Assembly (NCBI GenBank): GCA_044360755.1
Contig: JBIKJV010000379.1
Location: 1-60,447, forward strand
Length of the DNA: 60,447 bases
Direction: 5' to 3'
DNA from: Phycisphaerales bacterium
Lineage (GTDB): Bacteria > Planctomycetota > Phycisphaerae > Phycisphaerales > SM1A02
The position numbers and the translations under genes are program-made. The notes beneath the pieces are model-generated. The model did no database searches, was not told where the DNA came from, and worked only from the letters and a program-made list of their open reading frames with translations. Of the stretch, positions 53,290 through 60,320 are shown one piece after another (within the stretch, counting starts at the first letter, position 1; each line of letters starts with the position of its first letter).

Positions 53290-54258
53290 TTACGCTCGAA
53301 CGCGTCCTTCTCTGTAAGCCGCATCAATTTCAGCTTCAAGTTTCATTGCGTCATCGCGCTGGCCCCTCGAACTCAGTTCAACAGACTTCTGGAACATTTT
53401 CTGGATTTGTGCGTCCGTATATGTTTTAGCCTGCTGTGAAACTGGTGCGTTGGTCGCAGAACGTTTCGGCTGGATTTGTTTTTCAAGCTCAGCGGCTTTA
53501 TCGCTTGGTTGCTCCACAGGGGCGACGCTCGCTTTGAACATCCCAATGTAGTGTGCAACGGCTTCGGCATCGCCAGTGTTGAACGCTTCTTGTGCAACAG
53601 ATTTTCTCGGTGCTCGGAGCAGAGGGTCAACCTCGTTCAACCAGTTAATCCAACGTTCGTCGGTGTTAACTGTCTGAAAGTCTGGTACCAAACGGTACAG
53701 ACGTTGCTCGAAGGATGCCTCTGATACTTGAGAGCCGGTTGTATTGAGTTGCTCGCGCAACTTTTCATTTTCGGCTTTCATAGCGTCGAGTTCACCTCGA
53801 AACTCTGCTGCCACTTCGCGGGCAACCTTGCGTTGGACTTCGATCAAGTCCTCACCAAATGCTTGAACATCAGCATCCGTAACCAATTTAGTCGGTTGAG
53901 CGGCGGGTTTCGTCTCTGGTTTTGGAGCTTCGGCGGCCTTCTGGAGTTTCTCCATCTGGGAGCGTAATTCTCTTACGTCAGAGTGCAAACGAGGCACTTC
54001 AGCGTCGTACATACCCTTGAGGGTCTTGTATTTCTGCTGCCATGTCTCTTCCGGCACTTCCGGTTCAACTGGCTTTTCTGGCTTAACTTCTGGCTGTGGA
54101 GCAACCGGCTCAACGTTCTGGGTAGGTTCTGCGGGCTCTGCGGGCTGTGGGGCAGGGTCTTCAGGGGTTGCCTGTGGATTCTGCTGTGCAGCTAGCTGCT
54201 TTTCGATCTCTTCCAGCTCTTTCAACTGGGCTTCAACTTGCCTTGGTAACGCCATCAA
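53290..54258 (-). CDS. scaffolding protein
   Basis: 322 aa, E/P/Q/A/K-rich, coiled coil. Located between the portal and the MCP. Confidence 0.6.
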   Translation of the reverse strand: MMALPRQVEAQLKELEEIEKQLAAQQNPQATPEDPAPQPAEPAEPTQNVEPVAPQPEVKPEKPVEPEVPEETWQQKYKTLKGMYDAEVPRLHSDVRELRSQMEKLQKAAEAPKPETKPAAQPTKLVTDADVQAFGEDLIEVQRKVAREVAAEFRGELDAMKAENEKLREQLNTTGSQVSEASFEQRLYRLVPDFQTVNTDERWINWLNEVDPLLRAPRKSVAQEAFNTGDAEAVAHYIGMFKASVAPVEQPSDKAAELEKQIQPKRSATNAPVSQQAKTYTDAQIQKMFQKSVELSSRGQRDDAMKLEAEIDAAYREGRVRA

Positions 54259-54344
54259 TATCTCCTAAAAGCTCCAACTCTGCTTAGGGCTCCTACTTCG
54301 GTCTGCCTGCCACATAATGGTTTGCTAGGACTACAAAATTCGGG

Positions 54345-54587
54345 TCATTTGACCCGGTCGAAAATCTCGGACGATCTCTCAACCGCCTCGAGAAAATCTG
54401 TTAAAACCTCAGCCCGACCCTGCAAACGGTGCAATTTGACTAGATCGTCTGCGACGACGAGGGAGTTTTTGGTCTCCTCTAGCTTCTTGCGGAACAAGTC
54501 CAGCAAGGCTCCGTTTTCGTCCAGCTTGCAGCGCTGTAGCGCAAACATGTGCTGGCGGTCAGGCTTTTGGCCTACAAAAATTTTCAT
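54345..54587 (-). CDS. hypothetical protein (80 aa), possibly leaderless
   Basis: ATG lies 8 nt after a -10-like TATAAA. No SD. Confidence 0.4.
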   Translation of the reverse strand: MKIFVGQKPDRQHMFALQRCKLDENGALLDLFRKKLEETKNSLVVADDLVKLHRLQGRAEVLTDFLEAVERSSEIFDRVK

Positions 54588-54595
54588 ATGTCGTA

Positions 54596-54624
54596 TTTAT
54601 ACCACTGACTATTTGACCAGTCAA
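54596..54624 (-). promoter_or_regulatory. near-consensus sigma70-type promoter
   Basis: Minus strand: TTGACT (54624-54619), 17-nt spacer, TATAAA (54601-54596). Confidence 0.5.
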
Positions 54625-54631
54625 CAGTCTT

Positions 54632-56722
54632 TTAAACACCATTTGGTCTTGGGGACATCATATTGCCCTCGCGACCGCCTACCTGACTTCCGTCAGGCAA
54701 CATATTCTTTGGTGCGGGGCCCTGAGTCATACCACCCGGTGCCATACCCGCATTCTGAATCTCACCCATGATCGCTGCCAACTGTTCTTGCAATTGAGCG
54801 ATGGTCTGCTGTTGTTGCTGTACAACACTGAGTTGCTGACGATCAGGAACGATGCGATCCACATTGCCGCTCAAGTTCTTAGCTTGGTCACGGAGCAACT
54901 CTGCAGTGCCGTCCATACCGACGATCTGCTGAGCCACTGGGCTGTTGAGCACAACCTGCAGGAACTCGTTACGACGAACAGCTTCAGCTTCTTTAATCAC
55001 GAGGCTAGTCGCGCCAGTAGCTACGATGTTCACATCGCCGATCAAGTCAGGGTCTTTGCTGTAACGCAAGTTGTCTTGGTACAAGCGCTCGATGGCTGGC
55101 GTGATGACGTTCTTGTCGATGTTGCTGATAACCTGCTTGATACCCTTACCGGCGTTGGAGATCAACATGGACAGACCAGACGATGTACGTCCTGCGCCCG
55201 GTGTGTTCTCACCCGTCATGTAACGAGGGATCATCGTGTCTTCGTCAGCGCGTGCAGAGAATTTCTCAAACACAGCCATCAGCTCGTTGGCGTTGCTGTT
55301 AGGCTGGAAGAACGTAATGGGTGGAGAGTTGTCACCGTAGTCAGAAGACGAGAACTGCCAAATCTTCCATGGGTGCATGTCAGAGATGTCTTCGCCTGCG
55401 GGTAAGCGTGAGATGTTAATTCCGACCTGTGGGCCAGAGCTAATACCCATGTTGTTTGCCAGTGCGCGGCCCGATGCGTTCACCATAGCCTGTGCATCAC
55501 GGCACAAATCAGTCACGCCTTTACCGTCAACGGAACCGGGGAGGTTCTCATAGCTTGTGAGGTAGTAAGGTTTGCGACCGAGGGGGTCGTAGTTCAGAAC
55601 AGCACGAATCACAACGTTGCCGATGAGCCACACTTCGCATGGATAGCTCAGAGCTGGATCAGGAATCTCTTTCTCAGTCAGGCCCCACTCGAGGAGCAAG
55701 CTACCCTTGACAGAGTCCCACAGCTGCAGTGCATCAACCAAGTCGCCAGTGATGGAACTCTCGGTGACGTCTTTACCTTCAGCTTCTGCTTTCGATGAGT
55801 CAGACCACAACCACTGCTTCATGCCCATTGTGCCGAAGTCGTTCAGGATTGTACGAATAGCGTCGTTGTTGTAACCGGGCACATCGATGAGGGCCTGCAG
55901 TGCTTCAGCTGTTAAGCGATGACGCTCGATGACGTAACCATCGCCTAAGTCCCACGACCATGGAGCCCAGTACAACATGAACGGATCAACGCGCTCCCAC
56001 TCGTTGCGAATCTCTTCGACGGGAACCAGTGCGTTGTTCTGCCACTGCAGTGTTTTGCGTTTGCGCTTGATCGGGCCCTTGAGCACGGCGTATGGGAATG
56101 TAACGATGTCATCCAAGAATTCGTTGAACGCTTTATACCAACCGCCCTCGAGCAACTGGTCTTCCATCTTACGTTCCATGCGGCTAACACGATCTGCGGA
56201 TTGCTCACGCATCTCACGCTCAGCTTCGTCTTTCATCTGAAGCGCCATTGTGCGCAACTCTGAGGGACTGGGCTGCATGCCGCCCTGCTGTATGTGAACC
56301 ATCAACTCGTTGGCCAATCGTGCCTGCAATTCCTGCATGATCTCCGGAGGCATGTCAGGGTTCGGCGTTCCAGCAATCGCCCAAGGTTTGTCAGAGCCAG
56401 AACCTAACAACGTATCACGCAACCAGCTTGTCGCTGCGCGGCACTTGACCGAGGTCAGGTTGATATAAATATCGGAGCCGCCCTGCTCTCTGATTTCCTG
56501 CAATTTCTCAGGGTCATACTCGCCGTTACGCTGGCGCAGGCACTGCAGCATGCGGTCTTCCAACGTTCGTTTCGCGGTGCGAGCACTGTCCCATCGAGTG
56601 CGGACGTGCGCAGCCAAGCCCTGAATCACGGGCTGGTTCTGCATAGAATCACTACGCTTTTTAGATTCCGCCTCAAGGTCACTTGCGCGGGCAACTGGAA
56701 TGAGAGCAATACCTGTAGCCAT
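54632..56722 (-). CDS. portal protein
   Basis: 696 aa, directly downstream of TerL and upstream of scaffold/MCP. Call rests on size and synteny. Confidence 0.7.
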   Translation of the reverse strand: MATGIALIPVARASDLEAESKKRSDSMQNQPVIQGLAAHVRTRWDSARTAKRTLEDRMLQCLRQRNGEYDPEKLQEIREQGGSDIYINLTSVKCRAATSWLRDTLLGSGSDKPWAIAGTPNPDMPPEIMQELQARLANELMVHIQQGGMQPSPSELRTMALQMKDEAEREMREQSADRVSRMERKMEDQLLEGGWYKAFNEFLDDIVTFPYAVLKGPIKRKRKTLQWQNNALVPVEEIRNEWERVDPFMLYWAPWSWDLGDGYVIERHRLTAEALQALIDVPGYNNDAIRTILNDFGTMGMKQWLWSDSSKAEAEGKDVTESSITGDLVDALQLWDSVKGSLLLEWGLTEKEIPDPALSYPCEVWLIGNVVIRAVLNYDPLGRKPYYLTSYENLPGSVDGKGVTDLCRDAQAMVNASGRALANNMGISSGPQVGINISRLPAGEDISDMHPWKIWQFSSSDYGDNSPPITFFQPNSNANELMAVFEKFSARADEDTMIPRYMTGENTPGAGRTSSGLSMLISNAGKGIKQVISNIDKNVITPAIERLYQDNLRYSKDPDLIGDVNIVATGATSLVIKEAEAVRRNEFLQVVLNSPVAQQIVGMDGTAELLRDQAKNLSGNVDRIVPDRQQLSVVQQQQQTIAQLQEQLAAIMGEIQNAGMAPGGMTQGPAPKNMLPDGSQVGGREGNMMSPRPNGV

Positions 56723-56770
56723 CAGTCGTCCTTAAATAGTTACCGCATTGTACGCTGCCGTGTCAAGCGG

Positions 56771-58243
56771 TCAAGTGTATGCATACTTTACTCGCTTAAC
56801 TTCTTTGCGTCCGGACGCCAGTGCAGACCCCCTCAAATTCATGTCCATCACGGAGTCCGCGTACTGGTTCGCATCATGGACGTGCGAGAACTCGTTCTTG
56901 TCCGGTTTGTCTTCCATCTCGCCGTTCTTCTTAATCTTGTACCGATACCCGTACCGAAATCCCTTGATGAGCGACGTGCATGCTGGATCAATCAAATACA
57001 GCGCCTTACCTTCCAGCTGCTGCATGAGTAAGCGCTCCACAGCCTGAATCCTGAGTTCCGGCTTATTCGTCGGGGGCCGTACACATTTGAACCCCGCATC
57101 CTTCAAGACATCGACTAGCGACATCTCGTTTTGCTGCTGTTTGGCATAACCAGCCGGGTCAGGCGCAACTAAAAAAGTACACCCCTGCAGGTGATTGGCA
57201 ATATGTGGGTTCAGTTTAGTGCGGATGAAAGTCTCGATACCCATGTTCTCCGAGACCAGCTCTCCCAGCGTCACGACACGCCCGCGGGGATCACGCTGCT
57301 TAAACACAGCAGCTGGTGTACGCCCAAAGTCCAAACCGATGATGACCGGATAGTCCGCGCTCTTGATTGGCTTGATGGTGTCTTTGGCCACATGGAAATC
57401 AGCAGTGAACGTCTTCTCGTACACCGGGGTACCTGAGAGCGACCTACCATATTCCGACCTCAGATACACACGCAGCCAGTCCTCAGTCTTGCCGGGGATC
57501 AAGTTGGGATAGTACTGTTTGGGCAGGTGGTTGTAGTTATCCGCCTCTGGGTTGACACACCATTCCTGAGCGTCTTTATCCAGCAGGACTTCTTCAGGCT
57601 CTTCGCCGAATCGCTCTGTGTATACGTCGGGTTTTAGAATCGCAGCCGGCTGTTTGTAGATCGACCAGTTGCTAGGTGGTTCTTCCATTTTGTTATGCCA
57701 CCACGTATCTTCGTCCGGCATGTTGGTATCAAACAGAGCGCATGATCTTGTGGGCCCACCGTCTTTCATTGACGGATAACGGTTCAGACGACCGAGCAGA
57801 CCATCCACAACGTCTTGGTGTAGTTCTCGGGATTCGTTTCCCCAGATGAACGTCGTCTCTAGTGACAGCGCTTTTCGCACGTCGTCTGGTGTATCCAGAG
57901 CAATAAATAGCCACTCCGATTCGACCGTGGTGCCGTCGGCTAATTTAGCCATCAGTATAAACGTCTTCTCAACGGCTTTCCATATCCCAGCCTCACCGGG
58001 CGGCAGCCAATCGAACACTGTTTTCCTTGTCGTAAGCGCCAGCTGGTCAGCCGTGTTACGGACAATAACCGCCCTAGTTTTTCGAATTTTTTTCGAATTT
58101 GGCGCTTGACCCATGGCTAGACGTACGAGTTCATGTACGCATGTCACAGATTTACCGCCACCAACTGGCCCTGCCAAGACGCGGACGTAGTTTTCGTCCA
58201 ACATGAATTCACGCTGCGTCGCCGTCGGTTTGTAAACGCTCAT
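56771..58243 (-). CDS. terL: terminase large subunit
   Basis: Walker A LAGPVGGGKS. Walker B-like TTFIWGNESRE. Nuclease-domain IIGLDFGRT. Confidence 0.85.
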   Translation of the reverse strand: MSVYKPTATQREFMLDENYVRVLAGPVGGGKSVTCVHELVRLAMGQAPNSKKIRKTRAVIVRNTADQLALTTRKTVFDWLPPGEAGIWKAVEKTFILMAKLADGTTVESEWLFIALDTPDDVRKALSLETTFIWGNESRELHQDVVDGLLGRLNRYPSMKDGGPTRSCALFDTNMPDEDTWWHNKMEEPPSNWSIYKQPAAILKPDVYTERFGEEPEEVLLDKDAQEWCVNPEADNYNHLPKQYYPNLIPGKTEDWLRVYLRSEYGRSLSGTPVYEKTFTADFHVAKDTIKPIKSADYPVIIGLDFGRTPAAVFKQRDPRGRVVTLGELVSENMGIETFIRTKLNPHIANHLQGCTFLVAPDPAGYAKQQQNEMSLVDVLKDAGFKCVRPPTNKPELRIQAVERLLMQQLEGKALYLIDPACTSLIKGFRYGYRYKIKKNGEMEDKPDKNEFSHVHDANQYADSVMDMNLRGSALASGRKEVKRVKYAYT

Positions 58244-58752
58244 TTAATTTCCTTAGTTTCTACATCCAATGTAACAGGCTGCATGACTGGCTGGTTTCCA
58301 AGGCTCAGTGTCTGGCCTCCACCGAGGTCAATCGAAAGTGTGAAGGTCGGCCCTGTATTTTGCGCTCTTTCCTCTTTTGGCTCCAGACCGCCGGCCTTGA
58401 TGAGCGTTTTGAGAATTTCGTGCTTCTGACTTAGAGTCGCATCTTTGCTGGCACCGCTTACATACACCTGATGCAGGAGTTCGCTGGCCATCCATGTGGC
58501 TTTTGCCTTGAATGTGACGCCGTTTTTCTCAAATTCCGAGCGTTTTATGGCTACTTGGAGCTGAAACCACTTTTCTTTCTCTAGCGCTTGGTACTGCTCA
58601 ACGCTTAAACCATGCCGAGCTGCCACGATCAGGTCATCTTCCATGCCTAGGGCGATAGAAGCCACCATTTCATCGCTTATATGTGGGAACGAGGTGCTTT
58701 TTTCACCATATTCCAGAGGTTCATCACCAATTTCAGGGTCAAGCTGTGACAT
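58240..58752 (-). CDS. terminase small subunit candidate
   Basis: 170 aa, ATGA-coupled to terL. HTH-like DDLIVAARHGLSVEQYQALEK. Confidence 0.5.
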   Translation of the reverse strand: MSQLDPEIGDEPLEYGEKSTSFPHISDEMVASIALGMEDDLIVAARHGLSVEQYQALEKEKWFQLQVAIKRSEFEKNGVTFKAKATWMASELLHQVYVSGASKDATLSQKHEILKTLIKAGGLEPKEERAQNTGPTFTLSIDLGGGQTLSLGNQPVMQPVTLDVETKEIK

Positions 58753-58924
58753 TTTCGGCCTCCGCCAGTGCTTTTTCCTGTTTTTCGAGGGCTTGCAGGT
58801 ACTTTTCTAGGGCAATTCTGACCACATCGGCAGCAGAAACGCCTCGTTTTTTAGCCAAATTTTGTGCTTTTTCTAGCAGCGGCACGGGGATAAATAGGTT
58901 CCAACGCTTCATTTCCGAGATCAT
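58739..58924 (-). CDS. ribbon-helix-helix (CopG/Arc/MetJ-type) DNA-binding protein
   Basis: ATG 58924 with AAGGAG SD 7 nt upstream (the track start 58951 is GTG inside the operator). KRWNLFIPVPLLEKAQNLAKKRGVSAADVVRIALEKYL is an RHH signature. Confidence 0.65.
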   Translation of the reverse strand: MISEMKRWNLFIPVPLLEKAQNLAKKRGVSAADVVRIALEKYLQALEKQEKALAEAENVTA

Positions 58925-58939
58925 TTCGGGCTCCTTGAG

Positions 58940-58959
58940 GTGTGTATACACACATTCTA
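58940..58959 (-). promoter_or_regulatory. late/packaging-arm promoter -10 element abutting a 14-bp perfect palindromic operator
   Basis: Minus strand: TAGAAT (58959-58954) immediately followed by GTGTGTATACACAC (58953-58940). A-tracts upstream. Confidence 0.5.
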
Positions 58960-58980
58960 CGGTATTTTTTCATTTTTTAC

Positions 58981-59011
58981 GTGCGTATACATACAAAAGG
59001 TGTGTATGTAC
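58981..59011. promoter_or_regulatory. two imperfect copies of the GTGTGTATACACAC operator
   Basis: GTGCGTATACATAC (58981-58994) and GTGTGTATGTAC (59000-59011). Confidence 0.5.
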
Positions 59012-59055
59012 TTTATTTTTTGGCGTGCTGTAAGACTGAGTCGTAAGGATGGCGC

Positions 59056-59075
59056 GGGGTGGGGGCGGGGTCGGG
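59056..59075 (+). other. canonical G-quadruplex motif
   Basis: GGGGTGGGGGCGGGGTCGGG has four G runs of 3 or more with 1-2-nt loops. A further GGGGGG lies at 59084-59089. Confidence 0.6.
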
Positions 59076-59100
59076 TGTCCTGTGGGGGGTGGTGCGTTCT

Positions 59101-59158
59101 GATTATCAACTCTGCCTATGTTGAGGAGGCTGAGATTATCAACTCTGCCTCTGTTGAG
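59101..59158. repeat. 25-nt direct repeat x2 (24/25), each with a 5-bp inverted repeat
   Basis: GATTATCAACTCTGCCT(A/C)TGTTGAG at 59101-59125 and 59134-59158. TCAAC...GTTGA lies within each. Confidence 0.85.
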
Positions 59159-59252
59159 CGGTGATCGTACCGCACATCCCAAGGGATTTTGTTCTTTGTT
59201 GCCTAGCGACTAACTCAGGGAAAGTTGCGAGCGGAGGTTTCCGAACCGAAGC

Positions 59253-59286
59253 GGGCGTATGACAAGGGCGAATGATGGGCGTTGAT
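59253..59286. repeat. tandem GGGCGnnTGA-type decamers x3
   Basis: GGGCGTATGA 59253-59262, GGGCGAATGA 59266-59275, GGGCGTTGAT 59277-59286. Related GGGTGTTGAT at 59468-59477. Confidence 0.7.
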
Positions 59287-59677
59287 CGTTAAAAATTTAG
59301 TAGTGGAATCTCCCTTGGTGACGCGAGGGATGGGTGCGAAGTAGTCGAAGACACCCTGACAAGCATTGACTATGTATGCGAGTCTAGCTCTATCGAATGA
59401 GTGAGCCGTAAGGCGGACATGAGTCCCGTGGAAGTAAGTTGGCAACAGAAGTGTTGTACCGAAAAGCGGGTGTTGATTGTGCCTACCCTGAAAAGCGTAT
59501 TCGAATAACTAGGATCACCAGTAGTCTTACGCGACAAGTTATGGCGGTGCAAGACCGTATAGTTTGGAAGGCCCCGTGGAAAGACATTGGCAAAGGCGAA
59601 AGTCCCACTCTAGTAGTGGGCTTCAGTATGTATTCATCCGAGTACATATCCAAGCTCAATCAACCAAAGGAAAAATC

Positions 59678-60181
59678 ATGGAACTCGCACAATTCACTCC
59701 CGCTCACATTCTCGTCGACGGCAAAACCAAGGTCGAGCGTCAACTCTCAGTAGTTACTCAGGCTTCAGGTTATACCCGCATGGCTCTTGCCAATGCCAAG
59801 GGCAAAGTCGGCTTAGCCGCCCGTAGTGGCATCGTTAATGGTGGAATCCAAGCCATTGCCAAGCAAGCCGCATGGCCATCATGTAACTATCGACCAGTCG
59901 GTGAGTATTTTGCCGCCCAACTTGGTGAGCCTGTCGTGATCTCAAATCGTGCCGCTTTTGAGTCATTAGCTGACCGATTCGAAGAGCGCATCATCAAGGC
60001 TAAACTCAAGAACAATGGCATGGTTGTCGACAAAAAGACTGGAGCATTGAAGCCAAATGCCGTCCACGCCAAGATGTTGGAACTCAAAGCGGTTGCCACA
60101 GAGATGATTTCATCTGCCGAGTACTTCAGCTCCGAAGCCAAAGCCGCCCAAGCCGAAGCCAAGTCTGCCATCACCGCCTAA
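59678..60181 (+). CDS. hypothetical protein, first gene of the plus arm (167 aa)
   Basis: ATG 59678 preceded by the TCAACCAAAGGAAAAATC leader cassette, in frame with ORF 59564-60181. Ala/Lys-rich helical C-terminus. Confidence 0.65.
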   Translation: MELAQFTPAHILVDGKTKVERQLSVVTQASGYTRMALANAKGKVGLAARSGIVNGGIQAIAKQAAWPSCNYRPVGEYFAAQLGEPVVISNRAAFESLADRFEERIIKAKLKNNGMVVDKKTGALKPNAVHAKMLELKAVATEMISSAEYFSSEAKAAQAEAKSAITA

Positions 60182-60281
60182 TTATCCAAGGGTTGAGTTT
60201 GGATAATTCGTTGGATAATTCGAAAAGCTAATGAAATCAACCACTTAGTCAATCGAATTATCCAATTATCCAATTATCCAA
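60180..60281. promoter_or_regulatory. TTGGATAATT iteron/operator array
   Basis: AATTATCCAA 60180-60189. TTGGATAATTC 60199-60209 and 60211-60221. AATTATCCA x3 with 8-nt period at 60256-60280. Confidence 0.65.
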
Positions 60282-60304
60282 AGAAAACACACCACATGTG
60301 TACT

Positions 60305-60318
60305 ATGAGAATTCTCAT
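60305..60318. promoter_or_regulatory. 14-bp perfect palindrome ATGAGAATTCTCAT
   Basis: Self-complementary by inspection. Lies between the iteron array and the early region. Confidence 0.5.
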
Positions 60319-60320
60319 CA

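Larger units (their letters stand above)
58952..59677. other. long non-coding divergent control region
   Basis: 726 nt without a credible ORF in an otherwise tightly packed genome. Contains an operator, a G4 motif, direct repeats, tandem repeats and many short hairpins. Confidence 0.7.

Noticed and set aside
58739-58924. RHH protein as evidence of a temperate lifestyle
   Set aside because: No integrase, excisionase, partition system or CI/Cro-type pair is present. The genome architecture is that of a lytic phage. The RHH is interpreted as a transcription or packaging regulator.
59101-59158. Possible mini-CRISPR array
   Set aside because: There are only two repeat copies separated by 8 nt, no spacer-sized intervals and no cas genes.
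59495-59507. TATTCGAATA looks like a tRNA T-loop (TTCGAAT)
   Set aside because: The flanks cannot form a T-stem, and no acceptor, D or anticodon arms are present. It is a 10-bp palindrome. No tRNA gene is evident anywhere in the window.
59594-59610. AAGGCGAAAGTCCCAC resembles the RNase P RNA conserved GGAAAGUCCGGGC element
   Set aside because: No other RNase P conserved regions (for example ACAGAACCCGGCUUA, or P4 pairing partners) are present, and the surrounding helices do not fit the RNase P architecture.
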